Below are positions 27,164 through 35,672 of a DNA stretch of 64,000 bases, piece by piece; within the stretch, counting starts at the first letter, position 1, and each line of letters opens with the position of its first letter. The stretch is from an uncultured bacterium (GTDB lineage: Bacteria > Bacteroidota > Rhodothermia > Rhodothermales > DASSAV01): NCBI GenBank assembly GCA_966250015.1, contig CBINFS010000015.1, positions 6,608 through 70,607 of the forward strand, written 5' to 3'. The notes under the pieces are model-generated. The model was not told the origin of the DNA, did no database searches, and saw only the letters and a program-made list of their open reading frames with translations. The position numbers and the translations under genes are program-made.

Positions 27164-30100
27164 TCAGTAGAAAAAGCCCAGCCTGAGCGTAAACATTTGC
27201 TCCTCGTTTGAGAAATCCATCGTCCCGGTGAGTATGGCGCGGTTGAAAACACCCATCCATAGACCGCCTCCGTAACCCTGATGCCATACCCGCGAGCGCT
27301 CGTGGTCTGCCCACACACGGCCATTGTCCAGGAAACCGAGGATGCCGATCTCACCACCAAGCAGGTAGGTCGAAAAACCGAATAGCCGAGCCCTTAGCTC
27401 GACGTTCTGAAACACGCTGCTTCGTCCTGAAAACCGGGTGCTGCGATAACCGCGGAGGTTGTCCTTACCGCCGAGCGTGCTGGCCGCATAGTAAGGCATC
27501 GATCCCAACACGTGCTCGGCTCCTACACGAACCGCCAGCGTTATCGGTGACCGAACGCCTTGAGAGAAATAGACGACGAGCTCCGTTCCTGCCCTCGTAT
27601 AATCGTCTTTCGCGTGCCGGAGGCCGTAATGTACGCCAACTCTTGCCTCCCACTTGTAGCCGTACTTCGGGTTGACCTTGTTATCGACCGTATTGATTGA
27701 GAGGGCGGTCTCCGCACCGGCGTACCACTGATCCTGGAACACCTCGTCGCCGATCTCACTGATGGGCATACCGATAAAACGGCTCCCATCGCGGTGTGTC
27801 TTCGTGACTTCCAGTTTTGGACCGATGGCAAAACGAATTCCCTCGCCAATGTTGTGTTCGACGGTCGGCAGGAACGTAAACTGTGTTATGCGTGCTTCAT
27901 AAAACGACGATGATCCCTCACGCAGAGTCTCATTCCCCATCCCGTAGTAGTTGCGGAGCGCACGCGGGGCCAGCAGGTCCGCCGACAAATGGACGTCCCA
28001 CCCTCCGAGTACGGAGACGAAAAGGCCGTCGTACACCACGTTAAACGCCAGCGTCCGGGCTGCAAAGTTGGCGCGAAACCGTTGCAGGTTTGCATACGGA
28101 TCCTTGCGGAATCCGTGCTTCTTCCACTCGAAGCCGCCTCCGACGTACACACCATCGTCCCGGTTTGAACCGAAATACGTCAGCGGCACGACGAGGTCGT
28201 GCTTGTAAGCCCAGCTATCGTATTCGTTTACGAGCGGATTATGAGATAGACGGATGCGCGTTTCACCGTTGGACTCAGCCTTTGTGCTCGAGACCGTATC
28301 GTAAAACCGGCCTTTCTTTCCGACACCCTTGACCCGTGAGCGGTCCACAAATACGTCGTCACCCGGTCCGCCGACGGCGGTAATGAGGATACCTTCGTTA
28401 ACCTCACCCGATATTTCGAATTGATCGTTGCCGCCGAGCCCGTACAATCGCACTTCATCCGTCTCATCGTCGTAGAACGTGCGCCTGTACATTATGTCCG
28501 AAACCTGACCTTCCTTTGTGGTTTTGTAAACCACAACTTCAGTCTCGTCGTTGTTCTTCCGGATGACTTCGAAGCGTTCATGTTTGTCGCTGGTTACGAC
28601 GTCTACGACGCGTGCGTACAGATCGTAGTAGTCTTCAGCGAGTTCGGGCAGTTTGTCCCTCCTGACACGAAGCAAATGGCCGAACTCCGGTGCGTATAGC
28701 TTCCAAATTGAATCCGGCCAGGCCAACGACGCTTCGTCGATCACATCGTCCGTAAGAGCGGCCTTTACGCTATCCGCAATCTCGATCCAGTCTTGCCTTG
28801 TCAGCATTGAGGTAAATCGCCGGTCCTGCTCCATCCCGTTTTTGGTAAGACCCTTCAGACTTCCATAATCCGAATGGAAATCCTGGAACTTGGGCATGAC
28901 GTATTGGACGAGCGACGGAAACACGCCGTTCATCCGATTGAATGCCCAGTCTCTATCCCGCGGGATGGGCCGGTAGGTGTGCCCTTTACCGTTTGGATTT
29001 TCAAATTCGGCCCATCGGAACTGGTCCCGGTGACGATCCCAATCGCTGATGAGGAAGTCGAGCAGACGAGCTCTCGCAAACGCCCTTTGGTCAATCCGAT
29101 TATCGTTGTCCTTGTTGAGCTTCTCGTACAGCTTTTCGGAACCGATCACGTTCTTCGAGCGGCCGAAGCTGGGCATGTCGGACACGTCGCCGTCCGGGCG
29201 TTCTTCGAACATCATGATTTGCCCGGCGAACATTGCGCGGTAGATCCCGAGTCTGGGGTCATCGGGTACGAAGACGATCTTGGGATTGGTGTGATAGACC
29301 CCTGCGGCTTCGGCAAGTCTCGGGACGACGAACGCACCGAACGGATGTAACGACGAGATCTGATCCTGGATGATGTCGAGCGCAACCGTTTCACGAAGGT
29401 CCTCCGGAACCGTTTTCGTCGGGTCCTTATCAATCGACCGTAGAACGTACTCGTGGCCATCTGCCCCCAAGAGTTGCAACGAGAGGGTCTGCATACCGCC
29501 GCCGAGCTCTATCGGTGTCAGCCCTCCGGCCTCTTTGCTCATGTCGAGAACCGGAACGGTGACAGGAGTAGTCCACGCCTTACGGTGCTGGCTGCCCAGG
29601 AAGAAGGTTTTAAAACCTCCCGCCTCATAGCTCGGATTAACGGCCAACTGCCGCGTGGCGCCTTCGGGCACTGAGAACGTCTCACCGGCAATTTGATCAT
29701 CTGATCCTGTGGGTAATGGACCGGCTTCCCTGAGCGCCACCCGGTAAAGGGTATTCCCCTCTCTACTTTCAGGTACAGCCTCCTTCATATCAAGCCAGAT
29801 CGAGCCATCCCGATGATATTCGATGATGGCAATTCCGGTCGCAGACCTGGAGAATCCAGTCCGGCCCGCTTTCGCAACGTATTCGGGGTTTTCACCTGCA
29901 CCACTGATAATGTGATGCACCTTGCCATCAGGCAAGTGTTGCAGGCTCCGGTCGTGGCCCGACGCGTAGATCAGGTTTTCATGTTGGCGAAAGAGGGTCG
30001 AGAATCCGCGCCGTAGAATTTGGTAACGAGAGGCGGCAAGGTCCTGGTCATTACCAACGAACCGTCTGTAAAGCGGATAGGCCGACCCTATCAACGGCAG

Positions 30101-30874
30101 AGGGAGATACGCGTTTTCAAACCGGGCCGTCAGAGGGAACAGGTGATACCGAAGGGGAAAGTGGCCACCGTGAATGCCCTGTGACCGGATCGGATGGTGC
30201 CCCACCACGATCAGGTCTTTTTTTCGGTTTCGCTTGATCAGGTCGTCGAGCTGGACGAGGAAGTCGCCGTCCTGTTCTTGGCCCATGTCGACGTTTTCTT
30301 CGTCACCTTCATCCCGGAACCACTCCCTGGTATTCAATAGGATTAGTGTCAGCGATCCCGTCAGCTCGATCTCAATCGGCTCCATCGAATGATCCGTGGG
30401 AGCAACGATCTGTCCCACGGATGACGGAGTCGAAGCATCTGCGATCGCTTCCACTTCCGGTGCGTAGAAAGACCCATCGTGTTCTCCCGGCACGAGAATC
30501 ACTCTGCCCTGATACGAGCTGAATGCACGACGGGGAGCCTCTTGTTGAATCTCAGGAAGCCCGGCATACTGAACCTCCGTTTCATCCAGGAAACAACACG
30601 GCAGCCGATCGCCGAGAAAAACGACGCTGCTACGGCTGCCGGCCTCTTCGAGATGGTACGCTAACAGATCCGACATGGGCGAATCGTATTCGCCGTCAGG
30701 CCCGGCGTCGCCCACCAGAATGATCCGGTAATCGACGGTAGAGTCCGACCCTGCGTTGACCGCCGATCCAGATCCGACCCCCGCCTGCTGAACCGTACCA
30801 CACGCTGTGATCAGCAACAGCGCGACGATAGAGATGCCCCTGAGTATCCAATCAGTTCTCATCTTTTTCCTCAA
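27164..30874 (-). CDS. Omp85/BamA-TamA-family outer-membrane lipoprotein with N-terminal calcineurin-like metallophosphoesterase and central atypical-kinase-like domain
   Basis: Lipobox LLLITAC; phosphoesterase GDAG/GDR/GEHD/GHHP/GHD; central GGGMQT..YVLRS..DWDRHRDQ..PRDRD; C-terminal barrel with LRGYRSTRFSG and terminal GFFY. Confidence 0.85.
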   Translation of the reverse strand: MRKKMRTDWILRGISIVALLLITACGTVQQAGVGSGSAVNAGSDSTVDYRIILVGDAGPDGEYDSPMSDLLAYHLEEAGSRSSVVFLGDRLPCCFLDETEVQYAGLPEIQQEAPRRAFSSYQGRVILVPGEHDGSFYAPEVEAIADASTPSSVGQIVAPTDHSMEPIEIELTGSLTLILLNTREWFRDEGDEENVDMGQEQDGDFLVQLDDLIKRNRKKDLIVVGHHPIRSQGIHGGHFPLRYHLFPLTARFENAYLPLPLIGSAYPLYRRFVGNDQDLAASRYQILRRGFSTLFRQHENLIYASGHDRSLQHLPDGKVHHIISGAGENPEYVAKAGRTGFSRSATGIAIIEYHRDGSIWLDMKEAVPESREGNTLYRVALREAGPLPTGSDDQIAGETFSVPEGATRQLAVNPSYEAGGFKTFFLGSQHRKAWTTPVTVPVLDMSKEAGGLTPIELGGGMQTLSLQLLGADGHEYVLRSIDKDPTKTVPEDLRETVALDIIQDQISSLHPFGAFVVPRLAEAAGVYHTNPKIVFVPDDPRLGIYRAMFAGQIMMFEERPDGDVSDMPSFGRSKNVIGSEKLYEKLNKDNDNRIDQRAFARARLLDFLISDWDRHRDQFRWAEFENPNGKGHTYRPIPRDRDWAFNRMNGVFPSLVQYVMPKFQDFHSDYGSLKGLTKNGMEQDRRFTSMLTRQDWIEIADSVKAALTDDVIDEASLAWPDSIWKLYAPEFGHLLRVRRDKLPELAEDYYDLYARVVDVVTSDKHERFEVIRKNNDETEVVVYKTTKEGQVSDIMYRRTFYDDETDEVRLYGLGGNDQFEISGEVNEGILITAVGGPGDDVFVDRSRVKGVGKKGRFYDTVSSTKAESNGETRIRLSHNPLVNEYDSWAYKHDLVVPLTYFGSNRDDGVYVGGGFEWKKHGFRKDPYANLQRFRANFAARTLAFNVVYDGLFVSVLGGWDVHLSADLLAPRALRNYYGMGNETLREGSSSFYEARITQFTFLPTVEHNIGEGIRFAIGPKLEVTKTHRDGSRFIGMPISEIGDEVFQDQWYAGAETALSINTVDNKVNPKYGYKWEARVGVHYGLRHAKDDYTRAGTELVVYFSQGVRSPITLAVRVGAEHVLGSMPYYAASTLGGKDNLRGYRSTRFSGRSSVFQNVELRARLFGFSTYLLGGEIGILGFLDNGRVWADHERSRVWHQGYGGGLWMGVFNRAILTGTMDFSNEEQMFTLRLGFFY

Positions 30875-30934
30875 TACGGTTCATCAAGCCATTTCTTGCG
30901 CCCGTACAGGTTTTCCTCGATGTAAAGAAACACG

Positions 30935-33517
30935 CTAATACCCCTGCGTCTCTCTGGCATAGTGGCGAAGAGAATCCCTCGCCAGCTCACGTATTACCTT
31001 AACGATGGTCTTAGCCGTAATGGGTGATCCTTCGTCGAGATAACGGCTATCCAGGCGGAAGAGCGTGCAACCTCGCACGACGCGCACACTGGCAACAGGG
31101 GAGGCATCGACAAATACGGAGGCCCCATTGAATACGTCACCAGTCCCGAAGCGCCGAACCGGTTGCTCCGGTCCCTCGACTACCAGCTCTCCTTCTCTTA
31201 CGACAAATAACGCCGACGAGGGTCGGTCTGAAGACACTACGACGTCTCCGGCTTCGTATCGGACCGTTTCCAGAAGTCGGCTGATCGTTTCCAGCTCGTC
31301 ACGGCTGAGGGATCGGAAAGGCTCGTGCTCGCCGAGGAACTGCGGGATGTCCGGCGATTGACGGTCGGAAGCAGCGGCGGCAGGCTCCCTTTCCTCCGTA
31401 TCTCGTTTAGACTGGAGATAAACGTTCTCCGTGGACCCTGATATCTCATCTGACTCCTTCTTCAGCAAGCTGTACGTATCAAGCTGCGCGCGCACCGGTG
31501 GGGCCTGATCGTCGCGGATGTACTGGTTGGTCTGCTCCTCGTCGATGATCCTGGCTTTGGTGTTGTCGGCAAGGTGAAGCTCGACGAGCTTGCGTATTTC
31601 TTGCTTCAGCCTGTCGTCAAGAATCGGAAAGGCTACCTCCACACGCTCGCTGAGGTTACGTCTCATCCAATCGGCAGAGGCCAGGTAGTATTCTTCTGCC
31701 CCATCGTTGTAGAAAATGAAAACTCGCGAGTGTTCGAGGAAGCGGTCGACGATGCTCCGGACGCGTATGTTTTCGCTCTGCCCCTTAACACCAGGAACGA
31801 GTCTGCAAATACCCCGAACGACCAGATCGACGCGTACACCGGCGTTGGAGGCCTCGTACAGGCGTGTGATGATTTTCGTGTCTTCGAGGCTGTTCATTTT
31901 CAAAATGATTCGCGCCTCACGACCCGACTGTGCGTGCTCGATCTCCCGATCGATCAACCGGTAAAGTGACTTTCTCAGATAGAACGGTGCTACGAGCACC
32001 CGCTCGAACGAAGGTTTTTCGATCTCGCCGGATAGAAATCCGAAAACCTTCCGGATGTCCCGCGTTATTGTTTGGTCTGCCGTAAATAACCCTTCATCCG
32101 TGTAGATTCGGGCGGTTTTTTCGTTGAAGTTCCCGGTCGAGAGGTAGGCCAGCATGGGCGGGTCGGCCCCTGGAGAGCGAACGACGAGTGCGAGCTTGGC
32201 ATGGACCTTCAGGCCCGGCATGCTGTACAGAATGCGGATGCCGGCCTGCTCCATCTGTTCTGCCCAGAACAGGTTCGGCTCCTCGTCGAAACGCGCCTTG
32301 ATCTCGACGAACGCCGTCACCCGTTTCCCCTTCCTCGCAGCCTCGATCAGGGCGCTCACTACTTTAGATTGAGAAGCCACCCTGTATAGTGCAATCCAGA
32401 TCTCTTCGACCTCGGGGTCGTCGGTTGCTTCGTGGAGAAAATCGACCACGTAGTCGAAGCTCTGGTATGGCAAATGTAAAAGCAGGTCTTGCTCCTTGAT
32501 GGCCGAAAACAGGGAGGGATAGCCACTGATCACCGGGTGGCCAAGGGGCGGCAACGGAGCATAACACAGGTCCTTGAATCCGAATCGCGGAAATGAATGC
32601 AGATCGTGGAGGTTGTGATATCTTCCCCCGGGAACGAGGTCGTCCTCGTCAAACCTCATCCTCGAGGTGAGGACGGAAACCATTTCCACCGGCATGTTCA
32701 GATCGTACAGGACACGGCACGGGATTCCACTCGCTCGTTTTGCCAGCCCCTTGGCGATCTTTTCCTTTAAGTTGCCCGTGTACTCGTCGTCGAGATTCAG
32801 GTCTGCATCTCGCGAAAGCTTGACGGCATAGGCCTGCCCTATCTCGTACTCGGGGAAGATCTGCGGCAGATTGAACCGCACGATGTCGTCGAGGAACATC
32901 ACGTATTGATGTTCCCCGGTGCCCGGAATCCAGACGAACCGGGGCAGAACCGTTCTGGGGACCTCGACGACGCCATAGCTCAGACCACGCCGGTCCTCGC
33001 TTCCATTCACCGGCCACGCCCTGAGAGCAGTCAAGAGAAAGAGGCACTTATCCGGCAGAAACGGGACGTCGCGTTCATCATCCAGAAAATAAGGGCGAAC
33101 GTGCGGCCTGACCTGCTCATCGAAGTATTTCCGGACGAACTCAGCCTGCTCTTCCTTTACGTCCTGGTCGTTGATCAGCCGGATGCCCAGCGCCTCCAGC
33201 TCCGGGAGAATCTCCTCCCTGAATATCCGCCCAAACTCTTCCTGCTGCCCGGTAACGACCCGGTATATCTGCTTGAGCAGCTTCGAGGGATTAAAGTCCA
33301 GATTGTCGATGGACTTCTTTTTTAGTCGAAGCAGGCTTCGCAGAGAGGCTACCCTGACCCTGAAAAACTCGTCCAGGTTGGAGGAGAAAATCGCAAGGAA
33401 GGAGAGGCGTTCGAACAACGGGACCGTCGGGTCCTTTGCCTCTTGCAGTACACGTCCGTTAAAGCTTAGCCAGCTTAATTCCCGGTCGAAATAGATGTAT
33501 TTATCACGTTTAGCCAT
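30935..33517 (-). CDS. ppk1: Polyphosphate kinase 1 with C-terminal cyclic-nucleotide-binding-fold extension
   Basis: DRELSWLSFNGRVLQEA, NLDEFFRVRVA, EIKARFDE, KVHAKL, STGNFN, RFLEHSR and SADWMRRN, plus about 170 extra C-terminal residues with a CNBD pattern. Confidence 0.95.
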   Translation of the reverse strand: MAKRDKYIYFDRELSWLSFNGRVLQEAKDPTVPLFERLSFLAIFSSNLDEFFRVRVASLRSLLRLKKKSIDNLDFNPSKLLKQIYRVVTGQQEEFGRIFREEILPELEALGIRLINDQDVKEEQAEFVRKYFDEQVRPHVRPYFLDDERDVPFLPDKCLFLLTALRAWPVNGSEDRRGLSYGVVEVPRTVLPRFVWIPGTGEHQYVMFLDDIVRFNLPQIFPEYEIGQAYAVKLSRDADLNLDDEYTGNLKEKIAKGLAKRASGIPCRVLYDLNMPVEMVSVLTSRMRFDEDDLVPGGRYHNLHDLHSFPRFGFKDLCYAPLPPLGHPVISGYPSLFSAIKEQDLLLHLPYQSFDYVVDFLHEATDDPEVEEIWIALYRVASQSKVVSALIEAARKGKRVTAFVEIKARFDEEPNLFWAEQMEQAGIRILYSMPGLKVHAKLALVVRSPGADPPMLAYLSTGNFNEKTARIYTDEGLFTADQTITRDIRKVFGFLSGEIEKPSFERVLVAPFYLRKSLYRLIDREIEHAQSGREARIILKMNSLEDTKIITRLYEASNAGVRVDLVVRGICRLVPGVKGQSENIRVRSIVDRFLEHSRVFIFYNDGAEEYYLASADWMRRNLSERVEVAFPILDDRLKQEIRKLVELHLADNTKARIIDEEQTNQYIRDDQAPPVRAQLDTYSLLKKESDEISGSTENVYLQSKRDTEEREPAAAASDRQSPDIPQFLGEHEPFRSLSRDELETISRLLETVRYEAGDVVVSSDRPSSALFVVREGELVVEGPEQPVRRFGTGDVFNGASVFVDASPVASVRVVRGCTLFRLDSRYLDEGSPITAKTIVKVIRELARDSLRHYARETQGY

Positions 33518-33832
33518 TCAAGGATTGATGAACGTGGAGGGAATCTCTCAAAAAAGCGAGCGACCGGGGAAGTATGGACGTCCGGACCAAAAGTACGCCG
33601 AAACAAGGTGCGACATACGAGACTTCGGCTTATGATTATTGCGCTTTGGCGCACCGGTTATGTTTCGGATAAACAAGAACGTCCGTCAGATGGTCTGTTT
33701 GAAGCCAGAGAATACTTTCTCCCGGTTTGTACCCGGCAACGTTGACGTTTACTTACAGGTCGTTGAATCACTTTTATGACTTTTGGAATGGGATTAACCT
33801 GTATCAGAAGGGTGGTTCTTGTAGATGGGATA

Positions 33833-34222
33833 TCACCTCAAAGCTTGCCTTGATGGCTCCAGTTTTCTTTCGATCTCTACTACCTTGGCCAGAAGCAAAT
33901 CATTTGAGAAGGGCTTCAGAATGTACGCGTCGGCGCCCGCTTCAACAGCTTCCAGCACGTCCTCCGCCTCTTTCCGCGTGGCCATGATCATGATACCGTG
34001 ACGGTGCATCTCACGTTTGCGGACGCGTCGGATCAGCTCGATACCACTCAACCCGGGAAGCTTCCACTCGGCAATCAACAAGTCGACCCGATGCTTCTGA
34101 AGGTAATCCCAGGCCTCCTCACCCGTGGAGGCTGCCTGCACGTCGGTATAACCGGCTTCCAAAAGTGTTCTCACGACGCCCCTCAGGCTGGTGCCGTTGG
34201 CATCGACTACCAATATCCTCAT
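33833..34222 (-). CDS. Single-domain response regulator (CheY-like), atypical (Asp to Glu)
   Basis: MRILVVDA..., DLLIAEWKLPGLSGIEL and GADAYILKPF. Confidence 0.88.
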   Translation of the reverse strand: MRILVVDANGTSLRGVVRTLLEAGYTDVQAASTGEEAWDYLQKHRVDLLIAEWKLPGLSGIELIRRVRKREMHRHGIMIMATRKEAEDVLEAVEAGADAYILKPFSNDLLLAKVVEIERKLEPSRQALR

Positions 34223-34286
34223 TTCGTTTTCTTGTTGACCAAAATCAGAGCCGGGTTGCAGCTGAAAAAATCAAATATGCCCGTCA

Positions 34287-35522
34287 TCAGGGTTCAGATA
34301 CTCGAACGACCACCGGAAAGGCGTAATCGTACCAGAAACGATCGATCAAGTCCGGGTCCGGCTCTCCATCGTACGTCAAGAAGCGATAACGAACGTTGTA
34401 CGGCTGACCGGGATCGATCGCCCAGTCACCCATCTGTGACGGAGCGTAGTTGAAAAACGGCTCATCCGGGTGAATACGCATGGGCTGCGGCGAACGGAAG
34501 TTCTGCGGATGATCGAGTACGGCAATGCCGACCATCTGCCCGTCCACCAAACCCCCGATGTGGCACCACCGCGCCCTGGTAGCGTGCCCATTGCTGCGAT
34601 CCAGACCTTCCGACGTGAGGAAAACCGCATTGTCTGCCCCGTTCCAGTCGCGGTGCCCGCGAAAGCCCACACCACCGTAATGATACTCCGGCAGCACGAG
34701 CGGTGACGCGAAATGGCAGTATTGGACGATTTCGATATCGAATACCCTGACGGGGCGGTCAGCCGACACCATCGGGTAAACGTTCACCTCCCACACTTCG
34801 TCCAGCGCGACCTTGGGTTCGCCTCCGGTCAGGTCGACGTACTGGTTGGAAGCACGAAGGCCTCCTCGTACCGGACCACTCCACGTTTCCTCGAGCCCCA
34901 CCGGTTCAACAAACCCGGTAGAATCGCCCATATTCCAGAAATCAGGAGTGCGGCCTTCAAAGACCGTGCGGGTCCAGGCAGCCCAAATCCCGTGATGATG
35001 CAAATGGTTGGGTGGATAATCATCTGTAAGCATCAACCCGTTCGGGGTATAGACCGGATGGATGTACCCGCCACGCTGGAAAATTGGTGGGATGTCCGGA
35101 CGGGGTAAAGGCGTTTTTTCATAGTGGTAGGTAAGCACCGGCTGGCCAGACTCAGAAATGCTGACCGATCCCTCATCGTCAATCACAGCGACCCGTTCGT
35201 CAGCCAGGCGCTCATTCCCCTCAATGCTTCTGATCCGGTACCGACGGGTTTCTCCGGCCATCAACGAATCCAGAATAAAGGTGGCCGTTCGATCGTCGTC
35301 TATCTGAAGCGGCACCACCTGCCCGTCTTCACCGGCCAGTACGTACCGATCGCCGAAGAGCCCGTCCGGCATGGTAAACGTGACGACACTCCAGTGCCGA
35401 TCGTATGACCCTGCTTCGACGGTTATCGCAAAATCACCATTCTCCTGCGCCAGACACGGCGTGTTCATGAGGAACGCCGCAGCACATAGTGTCGTCAGGA
35501 CAATGGCTGTTTTTCGATTCAT
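34287..35522 (-). CDS. Secreted PmoA-like family (DUF6807) protein
   Basis: Signal peptide; YIHPVYTPNG..LTDDYP..HLHHHGIW and YGGVGFRG; start set at MNRKTAIV. Confidence 0.75.
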   Translation of the reverse strand: MNRKTAIVLTTLCAAAFLMNTPCLAQENGDFAITVEAGSYDRHWSVVTFTMPDGLFGDRYVLAGEDGQVVPLQIDDDRTATFILDSLMAGETRRYRIRSIEGNERLADERVAVIDDEGSVSISESGQPVLTYHYEKTPLPRPDIPPIFQRGGYIHPVYTPNGLMLTDDYPPNHLHHHGIWAAWTRTVFEGRTPDFWNMGDSTGFVEPVGLEETWSGPVRGGLRASNQYVDLTGGEPKVALDEVWEVNVYPMVSADRPVRVFDIEIVQYCHFASPLVLPEYHYGGVGFRGHRDWNGADNAVFLTSEGLDRSNGHATRARWCHIGGLVDGQMVGIAVLDHPQNFRSPQPMRIHPDEPFFNYAPSQMGDWAIDPGQPYNVRYRFLTYDGEPDPDLIDRFWYDYAFPVVVRVSEP

Positions 35523-35672
35523 GATGAAGTCAGAAGAGTTCTCCCTGGCAAAGTGAGGCGGCAAACTGTTGCTCCTGACTACGGGAAGCACACGTTCGAA
35601 TTAAAAGTAGGCCAGGAGGTAAAGAACCGCTAATAGCGACGATGAAAAAAGTATGCCGTCAGAAGTATGTCT

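Noticed and set aside
31409-31429. ENVYLQS in the PPK1 linker matches the TEV protease consensus ExxYxQ/S
   Set aside because: A short motif likely to occur by chance; codon usage and context show no sign of an engineered construct
34287-35522. Particulate methane monooxygenase
   Set aside because: This is a soluble secreted DUF6807 'PmoA-like' protein, with no TM helices and no pmoB/pmoC
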